Positions 1 to 9,729 of a stretch of DNA of 64,000 nucleotides are shown in pieces. Below the pieces are notes generated by a model. That model worked only from the letters and a program-made list of their open reading frames with translations, was not told the DNA's origin and made no database searches. The DNA comes from a virus: positions 5,143 to 69,142 of IMG/VR virus record IMGVR_UViG_3300035662_000018; one strand, 5' to 3'. Numbering within the stretch: position 1 is the stretch's first letter; each line of letters begins with the position of its first letter. A program made the position numbers and the translations under genes.

Positions 1-920
1 TTTGCAAGAACAACTGCCGTACCAGTTTCTACGCCAGATGTAATTGTTCCGCTTGTTGCCGTGGTGTACGTGAACGTTGTAGTGGTTGGTACCCCTGTGA
101 TTGTATACGTACCGTTAAGAGCGGCCGCGTTAGTTACTGCAGTGACTGTCACGCTGTCTCCTACACGGAAACCGTGCGCTGTTGACGTTGTAAGTGTAGC
201 CGTTGTTGTGGAGCGAGCAGCGTTCGAGATCGTCTTTGAAAGATCTCCGTGCCATTCGTAGAAGCCCTTGCGACCAGTTGGTGCCCACGAAGCACGAGCG
301 TACGAGTACGGACGCTCTGTTGCCAATGGGAATTCCCAACGCTCATCAAGGCCGTCACCAAACAACGAGTTGCCGATGCTGTAGCCTTCAAATGTGCTTG
401 CGAGCATTCCGTTCTCAATCACGCGGTCACCAGACTGACGCATACGGCAGTATGGGAAGACCCAGTGGAAGTAAGGAAGTGTTGCTGCGCGCTTGCCGTC
501 CTTAACTGCGAATGACCAACACTCAATTGCAACACCGTTGCCGGCTGGGTCGTCACCAATACCTGGCGATGACCAACCGATGCTCTTTCGGTCAGGTGAA
601 GCGAATGTTCCGAGGTTCTTGCGAAGCAAGAGACCACCAGACATAAGCTCTGTCAATTCAGGATCTGGTTCGCAAATAGCAAGTTCCATTGTCACACGCT
701 TGAGTGTGTCTGGTGCCTTGTATGAAACGCAGATTGTTCCGTTTGCCGACTTCTCAACGATTTCATCGCCTTCTTCGTATTCAGGTGTGAACGAGATACG
801 CATGAATGCGCTGGTCGTGTAACTGTCGCCAGGATTGTTGAGCAAGTTGCCAGCTGCATCAAGACGCGTGACGCGAATTGAAACACCTTGAATACTTGCT
901 GCGTAGTCTTGGGTTGCCAT
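1..920 (-). CDS. Major tail (tube) protein, runs off the window start
   Basis: Not in the ORF track (no stop in window). ATG at 920 with AAGGAG RBS. Translation MATQDYAASIQGVSIRVTRLDAAG...EYEEGDEIVEKSANGTICV...LAICEPDPEL resembles actinophage tail tube proteins. C-terminal beta module (TLTTSTAHGFRVGDSVTV...NGTYTIT). Lies directly downstream of the capsid genes. Confidence 0.7.
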   Translation of the reverse strand, partial: MATQDYAASIQGVSIRVTRLDAAGNLLNNPGDSYTTSAFMRISFTPEYEEGDEIVEKSANGTICVSYKAPDTLKRVTMELAICEPDPELTELMSGGLLLRKNLGTFASPDRKSIGWSSPGIGDDPAGNGVAIECWSFAVKDGKRAATLPYFHWVFPYCRMRQSGDRVIENGMLASTFEGYSIGNSLFGDGLDERWEFPLATERPYSYARASWAPTGRKGFYEWHGDLSKTISNAARSTTTATLTTSTAHGFRVGDSVTVTAVTNAAALNGTYTITGVPTTTTFTYTTATSGTITSGVETGTAVVLA

Positions 921-942
921 GTTTTTATTTTCTCCTTAGGGA

Positions 943-1818
943 TTAGACTGTCAGGTCTACTCTGACTGCTAGATGAATTGTTGTATCAAAGTAAACCGCC
1001 GCTGGGCGAATTGCCTTGAGCTTCATGTCGTTTTGGTTTCCGCTGACATCGTACGCTTGGCCGTTGCTGTCGTTTACAACATCAACTTTTCCAACGTATG
1101 TATGCACTGATCCAGTGCCATACATCCATTTGTTTCCGTCAGTTGCAGTTGCACCAGTTGCACCCGTTGGTCCAGTGCCCGAATATCCAGATCCAACGAT
1201 GATTGGTGTTCCAGATATTGTCTCAAGACGGCCATCAGCCGTATGAAAAATCATGTAGCTGCTAGACAAAAGCGCTGCTGTGTCGCGTGTCATGTGGATA
1301 ACACCCTGCTCTCCACAAGGAGATGTTGACCCAATCTTAAAGTCAAGAAGTGCAATTGCCCTAGCCGCGTTAAGTGCTGTTCCACTGTTTAGAATAGTTG
1401 CTGTAGCAGCTGACAGTGCAAGGTTGTCGTGCGACTCTCCCTCACGGACTGCGCCGTCCCAGAGTTCTTGCTCTACTGCTTTTTGCGTAACGCCCTTGAT
1501 TTGTCGCGAAATTCTTTCAAAGCGATCAAGTGCTGTGTAGCCAAATGTTGAAATCTGTTCTTCTACTTCAATAAAAAATGGCTTGATTTGTGTAAATCGT
1601 GTTGGGGTTGCGTCTGACGCAATGGACGCTGACGTTGTATCTGTGTCGTCCCAATTCTTAGCTGAGTAAAGACTTGTATCCCACTCTTGTGCGAATGTGC
1701 GGATCCATCGGTCCTCGTCAGATAGCGTAGTCCGTGCAGGCTTAGCCACCGAAAACAGACCACAGTCTGCTGGCTCAATTGCAGGTGCGACTACAACTCC
1801 ATCTTTTGGAAATGCCAT
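943..1818 (-). CDS. Second capsid protein (pentamer/minor capsid type), 291 aa
   Basis: Directly follows the major capsid gene. Motifs AVEQELWDG, GVIHM, GTPIIVGSGY, WMYGTG fit the second capsid gene of actinophages with separate hexamer and pentamer proteins. Confidence 0.6.
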   Translation of the reverse strand: MAFPKDGVVVAPAIEPADCGLFSVAKPARTTLSDEDRWIRTFAQEWDTSLYSAKNWDDTDTTSASIASDATPTRFTQIKPFFIEVEEQISTFGYTALDRFERISRQIKGVTQKAVEQELWDGAVREGESHDNLALSAATATILNSGTALNAARAIALLDFKIGSTSPCGEQGVIHMTRDTAALLSSSYMIFHTADGRLETISGTPIIVGSGYSGTGPTGATGATATDGNKWMYGTGSVHTYVGKVDVVNDSNGQAYDVSGNQNDMKLKAIRPAAVYFDTTIHLAVRVDLTV

Positions 1819-1864
1819 TTTTGTTCCTAACTTAAGTTCCGCGTTATATGTTTCTTACTTGTAT

Positions 1865-1891
1865 TGGGGGCACCCATTTCTGGGTACCCCC
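1865..1891 (-). terminator. GC-rich hairpin after the major capsid gene
   Basis: GGGGGTACCCA-gaaa-TGGGTGCCCCC on the minus strand. No clear U-tract, so possibly an attenuator or mRNA stabiliser. Confidence 0.45.
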
Positions 1892-1918
1892 TCTACGAGT
1901 TTTTGCTTTAGCTTCGGT

Positions 1919-3793
1919 TTAGTACTCGATAGCTGCTGCGGTTGCACCACCTGTGGTGTCACGGAGGGCTGCTGCCACACCGTTTACCGAGATGGTTGAG
2001 GTTACAACGAGTGACTCAACGCCAATCTTTGCAATGCCTTCGAATGTTTCTACGAACATCTTGTAGTCGTTGGTTCCAACGAGTGAAGAGTCGCGGATAA
2101 TTCCGAGGTCCAAGGTGCCACCATCAAGGAACAAGAATGTTCCTTCTGCGAAGATGTACCATGTGAATGTGTCTGAGAACTCGTTGAGTGCTGCGGAGCC
2201 AGACTGCGCGCCGTAAACATTCAAGTCGTGTGAGTAAGTGATGTCAACACCGCGTGCTGCGAGGTATCCATCAATTTCTCCAGTTGCATTCATTGTTGCA
2301 TCACCAGGCATTGCCAATGTGAGGTCGGCAACCATTGCGTCCTTGATCCAAGCTGGAGCGATTACTCGCAACTTCTGATCTGGGGACAAACGGTGACGGC
2401 TACGCATTGCAACTGCTGCGCGTCCAACCTGGACGAGGAAGTCACGAGCAACGCCGATGAGGCTTGTTGTCGTAACAGCTGTCGAGCCAGATGTCAACTT
2501 GCCAGCGAGGTACTGCTCTGCTTCACGTGCGTGCTGGATAAGAGCAAGTTCGTTGTGACGAGCAATCAACTCTGGATACGCACGTGTCATCAAGTTACCA
2601 AATTGCAGTTGCAAAGTAACAGCGTCGGTAGCGACGGTTGTTTCACTTGCTGCTGTAATGGTGAGGCTTGACTTAACGTCTGTGCCAGGGCTTGTGTCTG
2701 TTACGTTTGTCCAAACGCCAACTGCGTTGCCGTAATCAGCAAGCACTGGTGGGACGATGTAACGGATACCACCACGGTCTGCTGCAAAGCGTGGAAGCGA
2801 GTCGCGGATCGGACGGTCTGTTGTTCCTAGACCGAAGATGTCATACTTGACTTCAAACGGTGCGGAGTGACCACCCGAAGCTACGAGTGCTTCTGGCGAT
2901 GCAACGGCCTTGATTTTGGCAACGTTGCTGTCGGTGTCCTGTGTAAGAACACGGGACTCTGGGTACTTGGTTGTGATTGAAGCAACGATGTGCTGTTCGC
3001 CGTCGCCACCCTTAACACGGCGAAGACCGTGCAAGCGTGAAGCCATAGCTTCTGCAATTTCGTTTGCATCTTTCATTTGTGCACCGGCCGTGTAGCCAGG
3101 GATGTCTGCGCCAGCAGTGATTGCTACTGGTGCTGTTTCCTTCTGACTTGGTTGACGGTCGGCTGGAGCTTGGAATTCTACTTCCAAGTTCGTGTTGTCT
3201 GCCGCGGCAGTCATGGTTGCCTCCTGGGCTTCCTGCTCTTGTGGAGCATTGATAATTTCTGTTGATGTGCTTGCTTCAGCTTCAACTGGTGCTTCAATAA
3301 CTGCTTCAGCTACAACTTCTTCCACTACTGCGGCTTCTGTTGTTGCTTCTGGAGCTACTGTTGCTTCAGCTGTTGCTGTTTCTTCTGTGGTTGAAAGTTC
3401 AGAACCTTCTACTGCTTCAGCGGATGCTTCCATTGGCATTTCCTTCTTCTCCTCTTCAGGAGCTTCAGGTGCTTCTTCCATTGGCATTTCTGCATCTGGC
3501 GCCGGCATTTCCTCTGGCATTTCTTCCATGTCACCTTCGGCTTCACCCTTAACACGCATTGTAGCTTCAGCCGCGCGTGTGGCGAGCTCTTGTGCAAGAG
3601 CTTCGCGACGCTTGGATTCACCACGAACTGTGTCAAGCATGTCCGCAAGTTGCGTCATGGCATCTACTGTTTCTGTAGTTGGATCTTGACCCTCAACCGT
3701 TTCAAACTCGGTAACGATTTCAGCTTGAAGAGCGACGATTTGATCGTCTGTCAAGTCTCCAATCGTGTCGAGTTGTTGTTTGATACGGTCCAC
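1919..3793 (-). CDS. Major capsid protein with acidic N-terminal scaffold-like region
   Basis: GTG at 3793 with GGAGGAGG RBS (ORF track starts at 3817). E/A/P-rich N-terminal ~300 aa, then ALVASG and a capsid-like body (DRPIRDSLPRF.ADRGGI, FLDGGTLDLGIIRDS.L..TNDY.MF.ETFEG). Confidence 0.8.
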   Translation of the reverse strand: MDRIKQQLDTIGDLTDDQIVALQAEIVTEFETVEGQDPTTETVDAMTQLADMLDTVRGESKRREALAQELATRAAEATMRVKGEAEGDMEEMPEEMPAPDAEMPMEEAPEAPEEEKKEMPMEASAEAVEGSELSTTEETATAEATVAPEATTEAAVVEEVVAEAVIEAPVEAEASTSTEIINAPQEQEAQEATMTAAADNTNLEVEFQAPADRQPSQKETAPVAITAGADIPGYTAGAQMKDANEIAEAMASRLHGLRRVKGGDGEQHIVASITTKYPESRVLTQDTDSNVAKIKAVASPEALVASGGHSAPFEVKYDIFGLGTTDRPIRDSLPRFAADRGGIRYIVPPVLADYGNAVGVWTNVTDTSPGTDVKSSLTITAASETTVATDAVTLQLQFGNLMTRAYPELIARHNELALIQHAREAEQYLAGKLTSGSTAVTTTSLIGVARDFLVQVGRAAVAMRSRHRLSPDQKLRVIAPAWIKDAMVADLTLAMPGDATMNATGEIDGYLAARGVDITYSHDLNVYGAQSGSAALNEFSDTFTWYIFAEGTFLFLDGGTLDLGIIRDSSLVGTNDYKMFVETFEGIAKIGVESLVVTSTISVNGVAAALRDTTGGATAAAIEY

Positions 3794-3925
3794 TGTCCCT
3801 CCTCCGGGATCAGTCACGATAGACCCACTTTAGGTCTATCTGGGGCTTCTGTCCATGGAGAGGGACTCTGACACGATGTGCAGAGGCACTCACCTATGGA
3901 ATACATTAACATGATTATAAATGTC

Positions 3926-6900
3926 TTATGTCAGTAGTCTTAGAAGCTTGCTCATCTCAGATGATACCTCACCTTGAGAGTAAACATCACTTCCAGACTT
4001 GTAGCTACGAAGCGACTTTGTCGCCTCGTCTGCGTCTTCTTTTCCGATCTTTGCCTCAACCTTAGTAATCATGTCATCAATAAGATCCCTGAGTACTGGC
4101 GGTAGATCGCTAAAGCGAACTTTATCTGTTTGTTTTCCGAAAGGCAGCGGAAGGTTGGAAATCACTGTTCCCAATAGTTTCGCGGCTTCGCGGACGTTTT
4201 CAAGCGATGTAGCATCTAAAGCACCGCTGTCTAACCGCGCGATTAGGTCAAGTAAACCTGCGGCGCCGGCAGCGGCGGCGTCGTAGTTTCCAGCATTTAC
4301 AAGCGCATCTGTTTCTTCAATCTTGTCCATTACGCCTTGAAGACCGCTTTGTCCAAGATTCTGTTTCAACCTTGCAAGTACATCGCGGAACTTTCCTTTG
4401 GTATCTCGCGGTTGGTTTACGCCAGAAATGTATTTGTTTCCTCGTGTGGAAACTGCTTCTGGATTTGCCTTAACTTCACTCGCTTCTGTCGGTTCCATCG
4501 GTGAGGCCGCTAAAAGCCCCTCCTTGGCCGAGGCCACACGGGCGCGAAGCTCTTCAATTTTCTGAGCGTTGTCAGCCTTGGTGCTTTCCGCGGTTGACTT
4601 TGCAGCCGCTACTCGAGCTTGAATGTCTGTAACAACTTCATCGTCAATAAGACCTGCAGTTTTCCACTGCTCTGGGACCAATTCTGACTTTCCAAGCCCA
4701 CGTGCTTTTTTGATGATGTGGCGACGAACTGCTGCTCGCTTGCCAGGCTTTGAACGACCATACGCTTGAATTGCGTTTTTAAGATCTTCAGTGTTGCGAA
4801 TTGGATATGAACCATCTGGAAGAGCTTTGCCTTCCTGAGCAAGACGCTCGCGCATCGCCTTTGACATATATCCAAAGGTGTCATAGTCAAACGATGAACG
4901 AAGTCTGTTTGAGAGCTCTTCAGCTTTTGCTGCAAGCTCTGGATTTGCTGCTTGACGCTTTTCAAGGCGATCAATACGCGCTGCAAGTTCTTGCATTGGG
5001 TCTTCTTTTATCTGAGCAAGTGAAGCAGCACCTGCCGCGACAAGCGCGTAGATCTGACCAGATGCAACACGTGCTCGAGCAATTGGGAATCCTGGCACGT
5101 TTACTTGGCAAACTGCAACAAGTTCAAGCGAGCCATTGATTGGTCGCCAGTCGCCCGACGGAGCAGATGCGCGGAGGGCACGGATCTGTTCTGGTGACGC
5201 ACTTGGACGAAGCGCGCCTGCAACCCAGATACCAAACTGATCTTCACCAGCGTGAACGTCCGCGATAGCAGAACCAGTGTCGTCGTAGTGACGAGCAGCT
5301 TCAAGCGCACTTGCCTCAAGCGACGCGTGTCCACCTGCAAGTGTCAACTGACCGACTGTGTAGTCTTTGCCATCGTCAGCGCGAACAACACCAGTGTGGA
5401 AGTACGCATAGCCTGTGCGACTCTTTGGTGCACGTGTTCCAGACCGCATACCAATGTGGTCGGTCTTCCACGAAGCGACGTGGCCAAATACACGGCCATC
5501 ATCATCAACTGTCAGTGGCGTAGGGCCAGACAATTCTGGGTTTGCAAACCATTGAGCAGGTGGAACTGTTGGGATCGCGCCTGCGATCATTCCACAAGCC
5601 AGAAGCGCTGCCGCCTCGATTGATGCAACGCCGTCGCCGTCTTCAATATAGACGCCGTCTGGTAGATTTTCCATTGGTTCCTCCTGCATATCTTCAGTTT
5701 GTACAGTATCCTCCAAATAGATCTTGCATTCTTCAAATGCAGGCTTTGGAACGATTGTTACTGCCATTACTCGTGATTTTGTAATTGTGATCTTATCTCC
5801 GCCAATTTTCTTGGCTTTCATTTCATCTGTGTCGTCGCCTGCCTCGTCTTTAGCATCTTCGCTCGCCTCAAACTTGTCAAGGTCTGCTGAAACGCCTCGG
5901 ATAAATCCATCGCGAACCATACGTTCTGCTTCTTTACCATACGCGCTGGTGTCAAAAACGCCATGTGCGTTTCCGATTCCTCCATCAACTCTTTCCATAT
6001 GGTCAATGCGACCAACAACTACTGAGCCAGAGTGGCCGTCAGCTGTCTTGATTTGCCAAAGTAGCGGAAGAGGTAACTCACGGACTGTGATTGCACCTTT
6101 CTTAAACTTTCGGCCGTCGCCAGACTCTGTTTCTTCTGGAATAACCAAAGGAATTCTAAACTTTGCGCCGTAGCTAGGCGTGTCAATTGATGCCATAAGA
6201 ACTCTATCCTTTGCCTCTTGCATTCCAGCCTGTGCAAACAGCATCTCAAAGATCTCTTGTTCATCTCTAATTGCGTCGCCACTTCCAATGATGTTCTTGT
6301 TTTTCTTCCCGACGTTGTACTTGCTGCCTGGCCACACACCAGTCATTTCTTTATGACGAAGTGAGCAGTATCCTTTTGCTCGAGGACCCATATACTTCAT
6401 CAACTGACGATAGCAACGTGTCCAGTCGCCAGGTGTATTCCAACGAATCTTTAGTCCACCTCTGCCAATAGTCCAGTAGCGACGAAGCTTCTCAGCGTTC
6501 CCTCTGTTGCGGTCGAGTCCACCCTCAACGCCAACTGCAACAAGCGCACTGTCAGAATTTGCAGAAAAATCTTCAACAGCTTCTTCAACAGAGTTGTATT
6601 TCTTTGTTTTCTTCTTTGGAGCTATTGGATAGACCTCGTACACTGGCTCTGCCAATGTAAGTTCTTTTTTGCTGATGCTAACAACGCCATCTGGAATGAG
6701 TGCAAATCGGCAGTAGCCACCAGGCTCAACTTCGGCTGCAATAATCTTGCACGATGAGCCGCCTTCATACAAAATGCAATTTGCGCAAGTGACTCCGATA
6801 TCTTTGATTTCATTTTCAGCAGCCGACTCGTAACCAGCCCATACTCCTGTATCATCGCTGTTGAATTTTCCGTACTTCTGTGTGATCTCAATTAGAGCGT

Positions 6901-8986
6901 CAGCAAGATCACGTTCTTCTGGAACAATAATTCCAGCGGCAGTGATAGCGTAATGCGCTGATGCTGTCGTTGTTCCATCAACTTGAGATAACACATCCAA
7001 GAAATCGTCGCCATGCAGCGGGACAACTGGAGGTGGAGTAGGCGAAGTTAGATCATTCAATATTTTTTGATCTGGAACCCACTTTTTATCAACGCGCTTG
7101 AAAATAGAAGGCTGTGTTGAATTTGTACCAGCAGGGACAAGTGAGATTAGATCAAAGACAGCTGCAGGATCGTCTGGCGAAACAATTGCCATGTACATTG
7201 GCTGAACGTCTGAAGTATCTGGAGTAAGTGGCTCACCTACACCTTTATCCTTCATTCCAGCTTCTTCAACAACCTCTTTGATTGATTTTTTTGGCTCAAC
7301 AGAAGCCATAAAGCTTTTTGGGTTGTAGTACAAGTTGTAAATTGGATTTTTCTTAAAGACATCTTTAAACAGCGGGTGTTGGCGAAGATCGCCTTTGAGT
7401 TCTTTTGTTCCAGATATTTTTTCGCGCTCGCGCATGTACGAGTCAGCGTAGTTACGGACGCCAGCGCGTATTTCATCGTCTGTTTTTGGCTTTGGTGGAG
7501 TGTACATTTCAGCCATACCAGCATCGCGCTGGTCTTTTACCCAAGCTGGGTAGTTGTACATAACCTGTTGAAGTTGATCAGAAGTTAGCGCTGGTAGTGT
7601 TCCAGGAATACGAGCGTTTGGCGTTGTCATTGGGGTTCTTGGCATTGCAAGAATTCCAGACGTGTCAAGCGGCATTCCTTCTTGCGGAGCCGATGTAACA
7701 CTTGGTTGATTTACGTCTTCAACAGCCTGTGTTTGATTGCCAGGCACGCGGATAGACTCACCAGAGTCCATCTTGACTACAACACTTTGTGTTGCGCGAT
7801 CAATTGACGTGATACTTCCTTGCTTTGAAATATCGCCACCAACTGCAACTCGTGAGCCAGCCTGCGAAAACTTTCCGCTCCTATCGCGAACTTGTTTTTG
7901 CGCGTTTGCTGATCGCTCTTTCGGCGTGTACACACCGTCGCCTTGGTCTACAGCACCAGCAGATGCATCGCTGGCTGCCGTGACTGCCATGTCTGGAATT
8001 GTCCAGTCAATTTCATCAAGCGCGAGTGAGACAATTTCGGCTTCGTCTGGGTGCAAATCGTAGACACCAATGGCGCCATGCGGATTCTCTTGAAAGTACG
8101 CAGAAAGAATTAGCGCGGACTCTGGATCAATTGGGATATGAACCTTCTCAACCCTGTCGTACGGATCGTCTAATGACTTATCGTATGTTGAAATGTCACT
8201 GTCAACGTGGCCAAGGTCGTCCCATCCAGCCTCGTCCCATACGTGTACATTTCCACTAAGATCAACCATGTACAGACGGTCAATCGCACCGTGGTCCATG
8301 CGAACACGCGCAACGAACTCTGGAGCTTCTGAGTCATTTAGTTCTTGCGCAAGTTTGAATGCACCAAGGTCAGCGAGGTAGTCTTGTTTGATTTCATAGT
8401 CGCTGTAGTCATCGTCAGAAACGTACCCATCTGCGCGCATTCCTTTTTTGTTTTCGCGCTCGACAATCTGCTGTGCCCAGCGCCATGCAGCATCGCCGCC
8501 CCAAAGAGCCCACGCGATACGACCGGCCGACGGAAAACCATCTTCGCCTGGCTTGTAGCCTTTCCCCCGTTTGTCAACTTCGTGGCGTGGAAAGTACTTT
8601 GCAATGTGACGAACTTTTTTGATACCAATCTGTCCGCCGTTTGCAAGAATCCGTGCGCTGTTTACGCCAACAGGCGTTCCACCACGTTTATGCTCTTTGC
8701 GCCACTCAAGACCGCGCTTGGCCTCTTCTTGTGCTGCCTTGGGGATCGTGTACATTCTTCCAGAAGCGGTGATTGTACTAATGCTTAGGTCTGCGAGTGC
8801 TCCAGACGCAAGTTCTGAAACTACAGCAGGTGCTTCTGTTGTTGGCGTTTCCCATGGTTGGATGTGCGACAACGCACTAAAGTGGCCGACTTCATCAACC
8901 ATATTTGTTGTTGAGTCAACAACAACGGCCATATTGCCATCAGTAAAGAGGAAGTAGCTTCCACGAACGCCAGAGAAATTGATCAT
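3926..8986 (-). CDS. Capsid maturation protease polyprotein, 1686 aa
   Basis: Protease-like block PEETESGDGRKF...LPLLWQ...GHSGSVVVGRI...RGVSADLD. Other modules: GRIAWALWGGD, Cys-rich CANC..C..GYC, LRRYW..IRWNTPGDWTRC, PTPLTVDDDGRVFGH, LPDGSYPIRN.EDLKNAI. Lies immediately upstream of the capsid gene. Confidence 0.7.
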   Translation of the reverse strand: MINFSGVRGSYFLFTDGNMAVVVDSTTNMVDEVGHFSALSHIQPWETPTTEAPAVVSELASGALADLSISTITASGRMYTIPKAAQEEAKRGLEWRKEHKRGGTPVGVNSARILANGGQIGIKKVRHIAKYFPRHEVDKRGKGYKPGEDGFPSAGRIAWALWGGDAAWRWAQQIVERENKKGMRADGYVSDDDYSDYEIKQDYLADLGAFKLAQELNDSEAPEFVARVRMDHGAIDRLYMVDLSGNVHVWDEAGWDDLGHVDSDISTYDKSLDDPYDRVEKVHIPIDPESALILSAYFQENPHGAIGVYDLHPDEAEIVSLALDEIDWTIPDMAVTAASDASAGAVDQGDGVYTPKERSANAQKQVRDRSGKFSQAGSRVAVGGDISKQGSITSIDRATQSVVVKMDSGESIRVPGNQTQAVEDVNQPSVTSAPQEGMPLDTSGILAMPRTPMTTPNARIPGTLPALTSDQLQQVMYNYPAWVKDQRDAGMAEMYTPPKPKTDDEIRAGVRNYADSYMREREKISGTKELKGDLRQHPLFKDVFKKNPIYNLYYNPKSFMASVEPKKSIKEVVEEAGMKDKGVGEPLTPDTSDVQPMYMAIVSPDDPAAVFDLISLVPAGTNSTQPSIFKRVDKKWVPDQKILNDLTSPTPPPVVPLHGDDFLDVLSQVDGTTTASAHYAITAAGIIVPEERDLADALIEITQKYGKFNSDDTGVWAGYESAAENEIKDIGVTCANCILYEGGSSCKIIAAEVEPGGYCRFALIPDGVVSISKKELTLAEPVYEVYPIAPKKKTKKYNSVEEAVEDFSANSDSALVAVGVEGGLDRNRGNAEKLRRYWTIGRGGLKIRWNTPGDWTRCYRQLMKYMGPRAKGYCSLRHKEMTGVWPGSKYNVGKKNKNIIGSGDAIRDEQEIFEMLFAQAGMQEAKDRVLMASIDTPSYGAKFRIPLVIPEETESGDGRKFKKGAITVRELPLPLLWQIKTADGHSGSVVVGRIDHMERVDGGIGNAHGVFDTSAYGKEAERMVRDGFIRGVSADLDKFEASEDAKDEAGDDTDEMKAKKIGGDKITITKSRVMAVTIVPKPAFEECKIYLEDTVQTEDMQEEPMENLPDGVYIEDGDGVASIEAAALLACGMIAGAIPTVPPAQWFANPELSGPTPLTVDDDGRVFGHVASWKTDHIGMRSGTRAPKSRTGYAYFHTGVVRADDGKDYTVGQLTLAGGHASLEASALEAARHYDDTGSAIADVHAGEDQFGIWVAGALRPSASPEQIRALRASAPSGDWRPINGSLELVAVCQVNVPGFPIARARVASGQIYALVAAGAASLAQIKEDPMQELAARIDRLEKRQAANPELAAKAEELSNRLRSSFDYDTFGYMSKAMRERLAQEGKALPDGSYPIRNTEDLKNAIQAYGRSKPGKRAAVRRHIIKKARGLGKSELVPEQWKTAGLIDDEVVTDIQARVAAAKSTAESTKADNAQKIEELRARVASAKEGLLAASPMEPTEASEVKANPEAVSTRGNKYISGVNQPRDTKGKFRDVLARLKQNLGQSGLQGVMDKIEETDALVNAGNYDAAAAGAAGLLDLIARLDSGALDATSLENVREAAKLLGTVISNLPLPFGKQTDKVRFSDLPPVLRDLIDDMITKVEAKIGKEDADEATKSLRSYKSGSDVYSQGEVSSEMSKLLRLLT

Positions 8987-8989
8987 TGA

Positions 8990-9724
8990 TTAGACACCTC
9001 TGTTAGATTGTACTTTATCTTTTACAGGGCCACCAGCGACCCAGGCGTCACATGTCCGCGAAGCAGCGCATTTAAAGTCAAAAGCTTCGCAATATCCAAG
9101 CTCTGCAACATCAATTGCGTCCCAAGCATTTTGCTCACCTGAACCGCCTTGTTCAAGGCCAGCAGCGATACAACGCCGCATTTCATTGGTAATTATGAAT
9201 ACCGCGCAGTTTCCACAGAGACTCTGCGTCGCCTCATCAACTGGAACGGACCACATATCAGCCTTCTCTTGCCAGAACTCGTCGTTTGGAAGTGCTGGAT
9301 TTAGAGGCCCATAACCTGCGGAATCAATTGCTTTTTGTCTGTTCTTTAGATTCAAAGAAATGTCACTAGTTGCTGGTGGGCATTCTTTTGGAGGCGGCAC
9401 TGCCGCGGCGGCTGCGATGGCAGTTGCGGTGTTTTCGCTTAGCTCATACGGAACTTTAGCGCCTGTAGCTGCGATTGCGTCATAATAGCGAATGAAATCA
9501 ACGCCAACTTGGTAGTCGTAGAGATCCTGGTCTTCAACATCTTTAAAAAACATGCCATTTAGCGGAACCCAATTGCCATTGTCTCGCACTAAAGTTCTCT
9601 TCTTCTCGTCACTTGCGAAGATTAGATAGCCGACGTACTCCTCACGATCAACCATTGCGTAGAGCTCGTCGTTTTCTCCAAGCTCAGTCGGCCAAATACC
9701 AATGTTTATTTCATTTTTTGCCAT
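8990..9724 (-). CDS. Head-region protein with Cys-rich C-terminal domain
   Basis: CPPAT..NLKNRQKAI...YGPLNP...CGNC...C...GYCEAFDFKCAASRTCDAW suggests metal or Fe-S binding. Confidence 0.6.
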   Translation of the reverse strand: MAKNEINIGIWPTELGENDELYAMVDREEYVGYLIFASDEKKRTLVRDNGNWVPLNGMFFKDVEDQDLYDYQVGVDFIRYYDAIAATGAKVPYELSENTATAIAAAAAVPPPKECPPATSDISLNLKNRQKAIDSAGYGPLNPALPNDEFWQEKADMWSVPVDEATQSLCGNCAVFIITNEMRRCIAAGLEQGGSGEQNAWDAIDVAELGYCEAFDFKCAASRTCDAWVAGGPVKDKVQSNRGV

Positions 9725-9729
9725 ATTCC